From Antedon mediterranea (lineage: Eukaryota > Animalia > Echinodermata): a stretch of 64,000 nucleotides of DNA. This document shows positions 27,601-39,600 of this stretch, in pieces. The translations under genes were made by a program, and so were the position numbers. The notes beneath the pieces are model-generated. The model was not told the DNA's origin, made no database searches, and saw only the letters and a list, made by a program, of their open reading frames with translations. Location: NCBI RefSeq assembly GCF_964355755.1, contig NC_092671.1, positions 12,524,001 through 12,588,000 on the forward strand, written 5' to 3'. The first letter of the stretch is position 1. Each line of letters opens with the position of its first letter.

Positions 27601-30600
27601 CCGTCCAAAGTACAAAATCCTGAGCAAAAACATAACTGACCATCATAAAAATGATACAGTTTAAAAGAACTATTCTGGTCATTTTGGATTTTGTTACAAA
27701 TGTTGATTGATAATCCAAAAGTTGATTGATATGATAATATATTGTAATAAACAAACTGTTTAGAATGAATGCTAATTGAAACTAAAACAAGTTTATCTTC
27801 AATCAGGAAACTAAAATATAATGTATTGTTTTTGAACTCAAAAGTTGTAATATTCATGAGTTTATTTAAATAAGGAAATAAGGCAGCTATAACAACTATG
27901 ATGGTAAATTCCTGAAAACACTTGGATGATAGTTAATAAAGGGGGAATTTGGCAATGGATTGCTTTAAATACACATTTATTTATAGTATGTGAAGTAAAT
28001 AATGGTTCCTGAAGGTGCCATCTTTACCGTATTACTATTACCTTCAACAAGATGTATTTAATAGTAATACTTTATCAGCAGTTTTACATTTGAATTTTAC
28101 AACATGCAAACGTATTTATGCTTAATGAACAAGAATAAAAATATATTGTTGTACCTTAGTCAGGAGGAACTTATATTTATAGCAGGGAAAGTGAAATTAC
28201 ACTCTTCCCTGTTTATAGTTATAATTATATATTTTGAAATGCTGTAATCTGTACAAATCATCTTCATTATATTGCAAATGAAAGCTGTATAAAAAATAAT
28301 ACCTCCTTTATGCTATTCATTTGTTGTAGATGTTTCATAAGATTGTTCCTTCCAGGATAATCTTTCAAGATTGTCTGATAAACTGTCAATTTTGGATTGA
28401 TGTATCATGATTTTAAACATCTATTTAGGTGTCCTATTCATGTTGCTTTTTTTAATCTTCACTGCACAAATATGATACCAAAATGTTCATCTATGTTAAT
28501 CTATGTTTCCATTAATGTTAATGTACAAATAATCCTCTAAAAAAGCACTTCTGCAATTTATTTTTTGGATTTGTTATTTCAATTCATTCTATCTTGATTC
28601 CTGTTTTTCAATTTTCTATTTATTATAAATCTCCTCATTATCAATCCGTACAGTTGGAGTGCATTGATAATGCACTGTAGCTTGTTGGCTGTTGACATGT
28701 TTCTTCCTGAGTAGGTAGATCAAGATAAGTATAACAACAATCAATATGCCTACTATGATGGATACCAATAACAATACTAGTTTAATTGTGGCAAGCTTGT
28801 CTTTATTTGCAGTTGTTTTATCAGAGATAGTGAATGTTAACAAACTTAAGACTTTCTGAGCATCAGTACTCACTTCACATTTTAGACTGTAATGACCAGC
28901 TGGTAGTTGGTAGAAGCATCTCTCTCTATTGTGGTGACCATTTGTGTTGGTCAGACTGCCATTTAGTGTCCAGTTATGAACCTTAACACCAGATCCACCT
29001 TCTGCAAGGCATTTGAAGCAGCAGTGTTGTCCACAGTCATTACGTGTTCCAAAGGTCTTAATGTCAACTTGTAATTTAGGGTGCACTTTTAATATTGATG
29101 TGTAACACCACTTACCAAAGGTTTGGCTCGTAACACAATGGAAAATTATTCCATCACCTGAGTAAAAACCTTCAACAGTCTGGTTAAAATATAGTACACT
29201 TTGATTTTGGTCTACATTGTAAGTCTGTGAAATACTGTAGTTCCTTTGTACCCATCCACTGGTGACATTACGATGAGCAGAAGTGGTAAAATTTCTTATG
29301 CAGTTGAATGTTACTTGCTCTCCCTCAATGAGGGGCATTTTCAAGCCATAACATCTATGTTTTGGTAAGTGTACACCTTTGGATATAGTACCAGTTGATA
29401 TCAAAGTATGTTCATTGTTTTCATCTGCACATATGTGTATCCCTTTATCATCTTCTTTATTATAAGATATAAAATGATGACATTTAACTTCGTTTAAACT
29501 CTGTGTAGATGCTTTTTCTGCATAAATAGTGTACTGGCTTTTATTCTTGTCGGCCAAATTGCTTATAAGCTGGAATGTTTGATTCAATTGTATGAGTCTT
29601 ATTGGTTGTGAGTCTCTCTTTTCTTTACCTTCCTTCCAAAATACAAAATCCTGAGCAAAAACATGACTGACCATCACAAAAATGATACAGTTTAAAAGAA
29701 CTATTCTGGTCATTTTGGATTTTGTTAAAATGTTGATTGATAATCCAAAGTTGATTGATATGATAATGTATTGTAATAAACAAACTGTTTAGAATGAATG
29801 CTAATTGAAACTAAAACAAGTTTATCTTCAATCAGGAAACTAAAATATAATGTATTGTTTTTGAACTCAAAAGTTGTAATATTCATGAGTTTATTTAAAT
29901 AAGGAAATAAGGCAGCTATAACAACTATGATGGTAAATTCCTGAAAACACTTGGATGATAGTTAATAAAGGAGGAATTTGGCAATGGATTGCTTTAAATA
30001 CACATTTATGTTATATTAACATTCATGAGTACATTAAGCAATTATTATCTTGTTTTGAAGGTACAGTAATAAAGGCACATTATAGTATGTGAAGTAAATA
30101 ATGGTTCCTGAAGGTGCCATCTTTACCGTATTACTATTACCTTCAAACAAGATGTATTTAATAGTAATACTTTATCAGCAGTTTTACATTTGAATTTTAC
30201 ACCATGCAAACGTATATTTATGCTTAATGAACAAGAATAAAAATATATTTTTGTTTCATAGTCAGGAGGAACTTATATTTATAGCAGGGAAGAGTGAAAT
30301 TACACTCTTCCCTGTTTATAGTTATTATATATTTTGAAATGCTGTAATCTATACAAATCATCAGCATCATATTGCAAATTAATGCTATACTAAAAATAAT
30401 ACCTATCTTCTGTTATGGTTTTCATTTGTTGTAAATGTTAGGATTGTCCATTCCAAGATTATCTTTCAAGATAGTCTGATAAACTGTCAATTTTGGATTG
30501 ATATATATCAAGATTGAAACATTTTAATTAGGTGTCCAACTCATGTTGCTTCTTTTAATCTTCACGGCACAAATATGATACCTATGATTAAGTTTCATAC

Positions 30601-33600
30601 TCATTTATGGTTCTTTATTTAGGTGTCCTATTAGGTTTTTGGTATGCCAACTTGTCCACTTTTCCATTAATGTAAATGTACAAATATTATTCTAAAAAAT
30701 TGGTACTGCAATTTAGTACTGCTATTTTTTGTATTTGTTATTTCATTTCATTCTATCTTGATTCCTGTTTTTTCTATTTATTGTAAATCTCCTCATTATC
30801 AATCTGTATATTTGGAGTGCCTTGAGAATTTCTTTGATAATGCACTGTAGCATGTTGGTTGTTGACATGTTTCTTCCTGAGTAGGTAGATCAAGATAAGT
30901 ATAACAACTATCAATATGCCTACTATGATAGATACCAATAACAATAATAGTTTAATTGTGACAAGCTTGTCTTTATTTTCAGTTGTTTTATCAGAGATAG
31001 TGAATGTTACCAAATCAAAGACATTCTGAGCATCAGTACGTACTCCACATTTTAGAGTGTACTGACCAGCTGGTAGTTGGTAGAAGCATCTTTCTCTATT
31101 GTGGTGACCATTTCTGTTGGTCAGACCGTTATTTAGTGTCCAGTTAAAGACCTTATCACCAGATCCACCTTCTGCATGGCATTTGAAGCAGCAGTGTTGT
31201 CCACAGTCATTATCAGGCATTTCAAATTTCTTTATATTAACTTGTAATTTAGGATGAATTTTTAATATTGATGTATAGCACCACTTACGAATGCCTTTTC
31301 TCGCAACGCAAAAGAAAAATATTCCATCACCTGAGTAAAAACCTTCAACAGTCTGGTTAAAATATAGTACATGTTGATTAACTTCTACATTGTAAGTCTG
31401 TGAAATACTGTAGTTCCTTTGTACCCATCCACTGGTGACATTACGCTCAGCAGAAGAGTAAAAGTTTCTTTTGCAGTTGAATGTTACTTGCTCTCCCTCA
31501 ATGAGGTTCTTTTTCAAGCCATAACATTTATATTTTGGTAATTGTACACCTTTTGATATATTATCAGTAGATATCAAAGTATGTTCATTGTTTTCATCTG
31601 CACATATGTGTATCCCTTTATCATCTTCTTTATTATAAGATATAAAATGATGACACTTAACTTTGTTTAAACTCTGTGTAGATGCTTTTTCTGCATAAAT
31701 AGTGTACTGGATTTTACTCTTGTCAGCCATTTGCCAATTGCTTATAAGCTGGAACGTTTGATTCAATTTTATGAGCCTTATCGGTTTTGAGTCTCTCTTT
31801 TCTCTATCTTCCTTCCAAAATACAAAATCCTGAGCAAAAACATGCCTGACCATCACAAAAATGATACAGTTTAAAAGAACTATTCTGGTCATTTTGTGAT
31901 TTGTTAACATCTTTAATGATAATACCCAAGTTGCTTTAATAATACTGTATATTAAAATAAATTGTTAGAATGGAGGCTAATTGAAACTGAAACAAAAACT
32001 AAAAATACAATTGTAATGTTTAATTAGTCATGATTTTCTTAAATATCTGGTAACAATATCATGAAATTTGAAACAAAGCAAAAAGTCAAGCAGAAAATCA
32101 AAATAATTTCTACATACCAACTTTATTTGTATTGTATGCCTCTAATAAAAACATATTATTTATTTATATTCTTTATTAATAACCAGTTGTTGCAATTAAT
32201 TTTAATAAAACTGGAGTCTTCTCGCTTTAATTCTCCCCCGCAAAATAATAACAATCATATGTTATCTCATCGATCCACATTGTAGTTTTGGTGATCGTCG
32301 ATCGCACAAATAAACAGCATGCTTTGTGAGTGCAGGTTTCCCATACTCACGAGGTCTATTTGTTTTGCAGTTAAAAGCTGCTCCGCAATAATCGGTTAAA
32401 ACATGCAATAATCAGTTAAAGAGGAATGAGAGTGTTTTTAATTGGCTATTTTTTAATTGGTTATGTCATTTTGCAAATAATCAATTAAAAAAATAATCGG
32501 TTAATAACCGATTATTCCTGCTGAGCATAAACAGGCCCTAAAAGGCATAAACATTTGTTGAGAGAAGTTGTTTTGTTTCCTTGTATCAATTGACACTGAA
32601 GAAGATCATATTTCATTACCATTAATAGATGTGCTAAGGAAGCCAGAATTTATTGACCCTCCATTAAAGCAGGTTGCAGATGAAGGAGCTGCTGCCTCTA
32701 TTGTGGTTACTGTTGTAGGCTCTCCAACTCCAGCTGTTGTTTGGTATGGTCATTGTTTCATATTTTATTTCATTTCATTTTGTAGTTTTATGATTTTTAG
32801 TAAGTTATGGTTTGATCCAACTAAATTGATATTACACAGGCTATAAATAAGAAATACCAATCTCAGAATCTTACAGCCTTAACTCCTGTAAAGTCAGTCA
32901 TTTTGGTCACATCATCGGTCACAGATCCAATTCCTGGCAGGCCTAAATATATAGAATTAAATATCAACATTTTAAAATGCAGGCACAAGGATGGGTGTAG
33001 GATTGATGAATTAGAAGAGGATCCCTATGAACATGTCATAGATGGTGATACACACACCTTGAGAATCTTGGAAGTGTTTGCTGAAGACCATGGTACATAT
33101 ACATGTCAGGCAACCAACAAAGCTGGAATGTCAGCCATAGATATTCAACTTGAGGTTGAAGGTCAGTTATTGATTTGTTGTATTACCACTCTGATTTATT
33201 TTAGTTAAAGACAAAAATACAAAACATTCCGCACACAATAAGTAACAGATAACAGATGTCATTAAAATTAAATCAATTTGTATTTTCTTTCATAGAAAGC
33301 TTACATGTTCCAGTATTTATTGAAAAACTAAAGAATGCAGTTATACAGGAATCTAATAGTCATACTTTTGAATGCTTTGTCAGTGGTAAACCAACACCTG
33401 TGATTAACTGGTACAAAGATAGTATTATTTTAGTAGACAGTGATAAGTTCAAAATGAATTTCACAAAAGATGTTGCAATCCTGACAATAAATGATGCAAA
33501 TCTCCAAGATTCTTGTACATTTACTGCAGAAGCTAAAAATTCAGAGGGAGTTGTGAAAACATCAGCAAGATTAGAAGTTAAAGGTAGGTCACCATTGGTT

Positions 33601-36600
33601 TAGTATGTGTACATAATCAACCGTAAGCTTTTGTTTCAGGAGATAACGGCTTAACATATAATGTGGAACATATGGAAGAATTCTTCCACTCAGTATGTCT
33701 CCTTTGTCTACCATCTTGCAACGAAACAGTGCTACTAAGATAAATTTTTTCAGGTGTTCCATTTTATAGTGGATCTCCATGGACTCTTAATCCACTATGA
33801 TATTGATACTGTATTTTATATAACATTTACAATTGTTTCTACTTTTTTTTTTGCTTTGCAGAAATATTAAGAGCTCCTGTTTTTATACAAAAACTACAAG
33901 ATGATTCTGTAGAAGAAGAATCAAATCACACATTTGAATGTTCTGTAACTGGTAAACCAACCCCAAGTGTTAAATGGTTTAAAGATAGTAATGTCCTCAA
34001 AAACAGTAATAAATACCAGTTGGATTATACGGATGGGGTTGCAAAGTTGACTGTATGCAATGTAGCTATGTCGGACGCAACAACATTTACTGTAGAAACA
34101 AGCAATTCTCAGGGATTGGTTACCTCTATGGCTCATCTAAATGTTAAAGGTACAATTTAAATTTAGACGAATAAGAACTTCTGTTTTTATTGGTCTTGTG
34201 ACACCATTCCTATGTGTGATAGATATAGAAATTATATTAATATTGGTCATTATATTAATTTTGGTCATTATATTGCAACATTATCCATTTGATAATAAAA
34301 ATGTAGGCTCCTAATTCAGATAAACTATAGTCAGTTCTGGTTTAGACAAGGCTCAATGGAAAAAAAAAACACTACTTTAACCAGGTTACCTGTAACAGGA
34401 CAAATACACTACAATGTAAATAAGTGTTACAATATGATGACAACGCAATTTTTTTTTTGTGTTTTAGAAATTTTCAGTGCTCCTGTGTTTGTGAAGAAAC
34501 TAAAACCAGCAGTAGTAGAAGAATCTAAAAGTCATTGTTTTGAATGTTCTTTCACTGGCAAACCATCACCAACAGTCAGATGGTTCAAAGAAAGTAACCA
34601 ACTAGAAGAGAGTGGCAACTACAAGATGTCAGTGTCTAAAGGCAAAGCTAGCCTGACTGTTGTGGAAGCAAAGTTAGAGGACACTGCCATGTTTACTGCT
34701 GAGGCTAGTAATACCGAAGGCAGTGAGACTACTTCAGCCAGCTTAGAAGTTAGAGGTAACTTTACAATTATTGGTATTAAGGCCACATGTAGATTATGTA
34801 TACACGTCTGATGAATAAGAAATATATAAAAATAATGTCCAAGGTAGTAAAAGTTCTTCCTTACAAGTTTTCAAATAAGTCCATTTTGTTTATATGCTCT
34901 AACAATAAGGTGCAATAGAGAACTTGGTCTATGGAGGTCTCCACAATAGTCATTTTATTAAACTTTTTTTCTTTCAAACAATCTAGAAATATTCCGTGCA
35001 CCAGTTTTCTTTGAGAAACCTAAAGATGCATTTGTAGATGAGTTCTCTAGCCATCAGTTCAAATGCTTTGTAACTGGCAAGCCAACACCAATGATAAAGT
35101 GGTTCAGAAATGGTGTTCTACTGAGTGAAAGTAGTAAATACAAAATGGAGTATAAAGATGACATTGCTAGTCTCACAATAGTTGAAACAACGATGGAGGA
35201 CTCAACTACATTTACAACTGAAGCAAGTAACTCACAGGGCATTGTGAAAGCATTTGCTGAGCTAGAGGTCAAAGGTAACTTTGTACTTTCATATTTTACA
35301 TTCCTTTCATTATAAAATAATAAATAAATTGCCTATGTACTAAATTAATTTATCAACTATATTTTAATATTTATTTATTTTGTGTTTGTTTTTATTTAGA
35401 AATTTTAAGTGCACCTGTTTTTATCGAAAAGCTGAGAGATGTTGTCATAGATGTATCCTCAGATCTGAGATTGGAATGCCTTGTTACTGGCAAACCCATT
35501 CCCAGCATCAGGTGGGCTAAAGATGGTACCCAGCTGCAAGATAGTTCCAAACATCAACAAGGTTATAGTGATGGTGTCGCTAGTCTTACAATCCAGGATG
35601 TGTCAACATCTGATGCTGGTAAATACAATGTCGAAGCAAGAAATTCTAAAGGCTTTGTTTCTACGTCATCACATGTGGAGGTTAAAGGTTAGTAATTATT
35701 TATAATTATATATTATTTATTATAATATATTATCTTTTATGAAGTTAAGTTTGGAATAAGAATAACATTCAGTATTGAAAGCCTTTTCCACAATTTAGAA
35801 ACACAAATGTCAAACTAAGCTACATAGCTTTTGTGTATAATTTTCATCCACAGAGGTAAAGAAACCTGTTGCAGCACCTCGTTTCAGTGTCCCATTAAAC
35901 AACATTGATGTAGATGAGGGAATGTCTTGCAAATTATCATGCTTTGTGATAACTGAGAGTGAACCAAGTATAACTTGGTACAAAGATGGTAAAATCATTG
36001 AAAATAGTGCTGACTTTGACATCAGTTACGATCAAGGAAAGTGCTGTTTATATATTCAGGAGACATTTGTTGAAGATACTGGATGTTACAAATGTAAAGT
36101 AGTGAACGAGGGCGGTCATGCTAGTACTACAGGAAACCTTAACGTTGAAGGTAATGTGGCATGAAGTAACATTGTGTCAAACTTTTGTTGAAAATGTTGG
36201 ACAAATTCGACAGAATGAGATTTGTATTTATTTGTTTTTTAGCTCCACCACCAGTTGATGAAAGCAGTCCACCTCATTTTGTGACCCTACTTGGTGATGT
36301 CAGTGTTTCTGCAGGGGATGGCCTGGAGTTGACCTGTACGGTGACCGGCAATCCAGAACCAATGGTCACCTGGTTTCATAACAACAGCCAGGTGGAAGAA
36401 TCGGACAATATTACGGTGAGATTTTGTTTATGTGCTATAAGCTAAATGTAGTGTCACTATTTAACATGTTGCCTTCAAGTTAAAGGATAAGTGTTTCTAT
36501 TCTAATCACATGCCTTTTATTTATCAGATAAGTGAGAATGGTGAACAGCACACAATGGTGATACGCCAGGTGTTGTCTGAACATAGTGGAACTTACATCG

Positions 36601-39600
36601 CACGTGCCAGCAACCATGTTGGTGAAGATAGTACAGTGTCTAATATCAATGTTGAACAACTCATGACAAGGTAATATTAGATAGATAGCATCTTTATATT
36701 GCACAATTTGTCTTTATGTTGGGTTTAATTCCCCTAAGCAAACACTTTCCTTGGTTTTGAACCTCTATGAATGAAAATGGCACATTTTTATTTTCTTCCA
36801 CAATCTATAGAATAACACATTCATTATTATACTCTTACAAAACTGTAATATACAAATGTTTCATGTATATTCTTATAATAATTGTTATACATTATATATA
36901 TAAAACATTAAATAATGTATTAATTTTTAACCTCTGTATTTTGCATACAGAACATTATATTTATTCCAAAAAGTAAATGTATCGATTATACAGTTGTAAT
37001 GTTTTAATCTTTCTCTAAAATAGTATGAGTGACATAACACTAGCCAACCAGCCCAAGCCAGGAGCCCCAACCATTCTGGAGGAGCCACCAGAGGATGTAC
37101 ATGTAGCTGAAGGAGAGGAAGTCACTATAAATGCCCATATCACAGGCTATCCAACACCTAAGGTAGACTTTAATCATGTTCTTAGTATTGCTTCTTGAAT
37201 ATTATAATATATAAGCTTTTGATAATTCAGTGCTAGTTATATCATAATTAATGATGTTTTTTGTAGTAATTTGTACTTTATACTAAATACATTGAGAACG
37301 CGAAGAAATAGGGCAAACATCTGACCAATTACTGAACTCCCTGATGCAATGCTACTCCACAGTAGCTAAATAAAATTATCATCCTGTTGGTGCAGTATGC
37401 ACTGCTTTCTTGGACTTGAATCAAACCCCTAGACATCAGCTTGGTGGACTAGAGGTATGAATGCCAGGCTAGTGATCTGGAGGTCATGGGTTCGAGTTTC
37501 AATGGAGAAGTGTTCCCAATGTAACATCTGACCAATGTTTTTTTTTGACAGGTTTCCTGGTACAAAGATGAAATAATTGTAAAAGAAACAGAAGAGATAA
37601 CGATAGTGGAAGAGAAGCATAGATGTAGCCTGATGTTCAATCCAGCTAGGTCATACCATTCAGGTGTGTACATATACAAAGCAGCTAACATACATGGCTC
37701 TTTAAGTGGCTCATGTAGGGTTCAAATCGAAGACCAAACAACCAGTAAGTATTCATTAGTTTTAACAGTATGTACTTAAGTGTATAAGGTACCCTGTACA
37801 TATGTATGTATGATGCTTAACTTAGTTTCCAGTCCCAGATATCACAAAATATTGTAGGCATACATATACAGATAGAACATATTTAAATGATATCATTATA
37901 CTAAATCGGAAGATCTTAAAAGATTGTGTAATATATTTTTAGAAAAGATGGTAGTTAGAAACTTTTAGTTTTCAAGTTGCATCTTTCAAGCCATAAAAAT
38001 AAGCACTTATTATTTATTTATGTATTATAGCCACTGTAACATACCCTGAAGCCCCAACATTTACGCAACCTTTAATGGAGTCTGTTTCACCGAAAGAGGG
38101 CGACACAATAAGAGTTCAATGCCGAATACAATCTTTAACTCAACCAAAGGTATGTTCTACAAAATCTTTCTTTAAAATTACTTGTTGTGATTAGAAGTTG
38201 TAATAAATCAAAATATTCCAACATTTAGTATTCAGTACAGTCGGTAAAGATAACTTTTTATGTTTTCAACATATTCAGATTCGTTGGACAAAAGATTCTC
38301 GTACTGTACATGAAACTTCCCGTATTCGTGTGACCCAAGAAGATGATGTTTATTGTTTGATCATAATCCATGTAAAACCAGCAGATGCAGGACATTACAA
38401 AATTACAGCAATTACCCCAACAGGAAAAATTGAATCTTCCTCCATCATACATGTTGAAGGTCAGTGTGTTTATTAATTACTAATAATATGTCTATGGGCT
38501 GGTAAAATCTACAGCTACCAATTGTGGTGCTGAGCGACTAAATTCTGCACTCGCTCCATATCCATTTGAAGATAATGGTCGGCTCAACTGAATGATATTC
38601 TAATGTTTGATTTAGCCATTACATTTTGTTTAAAGAAAATTAATATTATGAAATTTGTTTTACTTTTTTATTCAATATCTTGCACAGAGAAGCCTCACAA
38701 GGTGAAACCATCTTAGTTTCAAGGTGCCCCAATGAACTTATCAGGCCTTGTCTTTTAAGGCGAGCGAGTGCGATCACTCACCCTACAAACCCCTAAACTG
38801 TCCTTGAGGTGTGCAATTTAGAACACGCTTAAATTTGGTAAACTTCTACACACCAAAATAGAAACAGCACACCTACAGAACCCCTGAATGTATTGAGGAG
38901 TGCAATTTGTAGCACACCTATAATTTTCAAAAGACAAGGCCTGAGTTAATCAGTATAATCTGATGACATAAAGATGGAACCAAACGTATATTAGTATTAG
39001 TTTAGTGCAGATCTTGCTATAATAATAATTATTTTTCTATTTTTTAGAGCCTCAATCTGTTCCTCCAAAGTTCACTATCCAGTTGAGGGATCAACATGTG
39101 GTGGATGGTGATGAAGTCAAATTTCTGTGCCAGGTCACAGGTCGACCAACTCCAGAGGTCACTTGGTACAGAAGGGATGAGAGAATTGAAGATGATGGAG
39201 ATTTTAAGGTAATCATAAACTATATTTAATCAAGTGCAAATCATATTTACAGTATTGAAGAATTTAAAAATTAACATAAATCTAAATAATTATTATAATT
39301 TTAATTTGTAATAATTAATTTTGTTTAAATAAAGACATTTTTGGTTTTGCGTTTCAGTTATTTTATGATGAAGAACGTCTAACATTGGTAATTAAAGAAG
39401 TATTTCCAGAAGATAGTGGGATTTACAGAATAGAAGCCACTAACAGTGCCGGTCAGGCAAATTCAGAAGCAGAGCTTGTTGTTGAGTGTAAGTAACAAAT
39501 ACCATATCAGAAATAAATTTGTCTGTGTTATGTCAGATTTTGTTATTATGCCTCCATAATCCAAGGCCTTGATTCTAAAAAGCATTTGGCATAAATCCTA

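Larger units (their letters stand above)
26790..31990. repeat. Tandem segmental triplication, unit about 2.0-2.2 kb
   Basis: ATGs at 27682, 29713 and 31892 (spacing 2031 and 2179). Spacer 27683-28615 aligns with 29714-30773 and is near-identical in the first 300 bp. Confidence 0.9.

Noticed and set aside
27683-27754. 24-aa N-terminal extension of the 465-aa ORF
   Set aside because: Non-ATG start, not open in the paralogues. The signal peptide begins at ATG 27682.
32350-32540. aataatcggttaa repeats ending in a Harbinger-like TIR upstream of the receptor cluster
   Set aside because: Only one terminus is visible, with no evidence that it mobilised the receptor genes.
34808-34830. CTGATGA...GAAA as a second hammerhead
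   Set aside because: No stem II, no stem I and no proper cleavage context.
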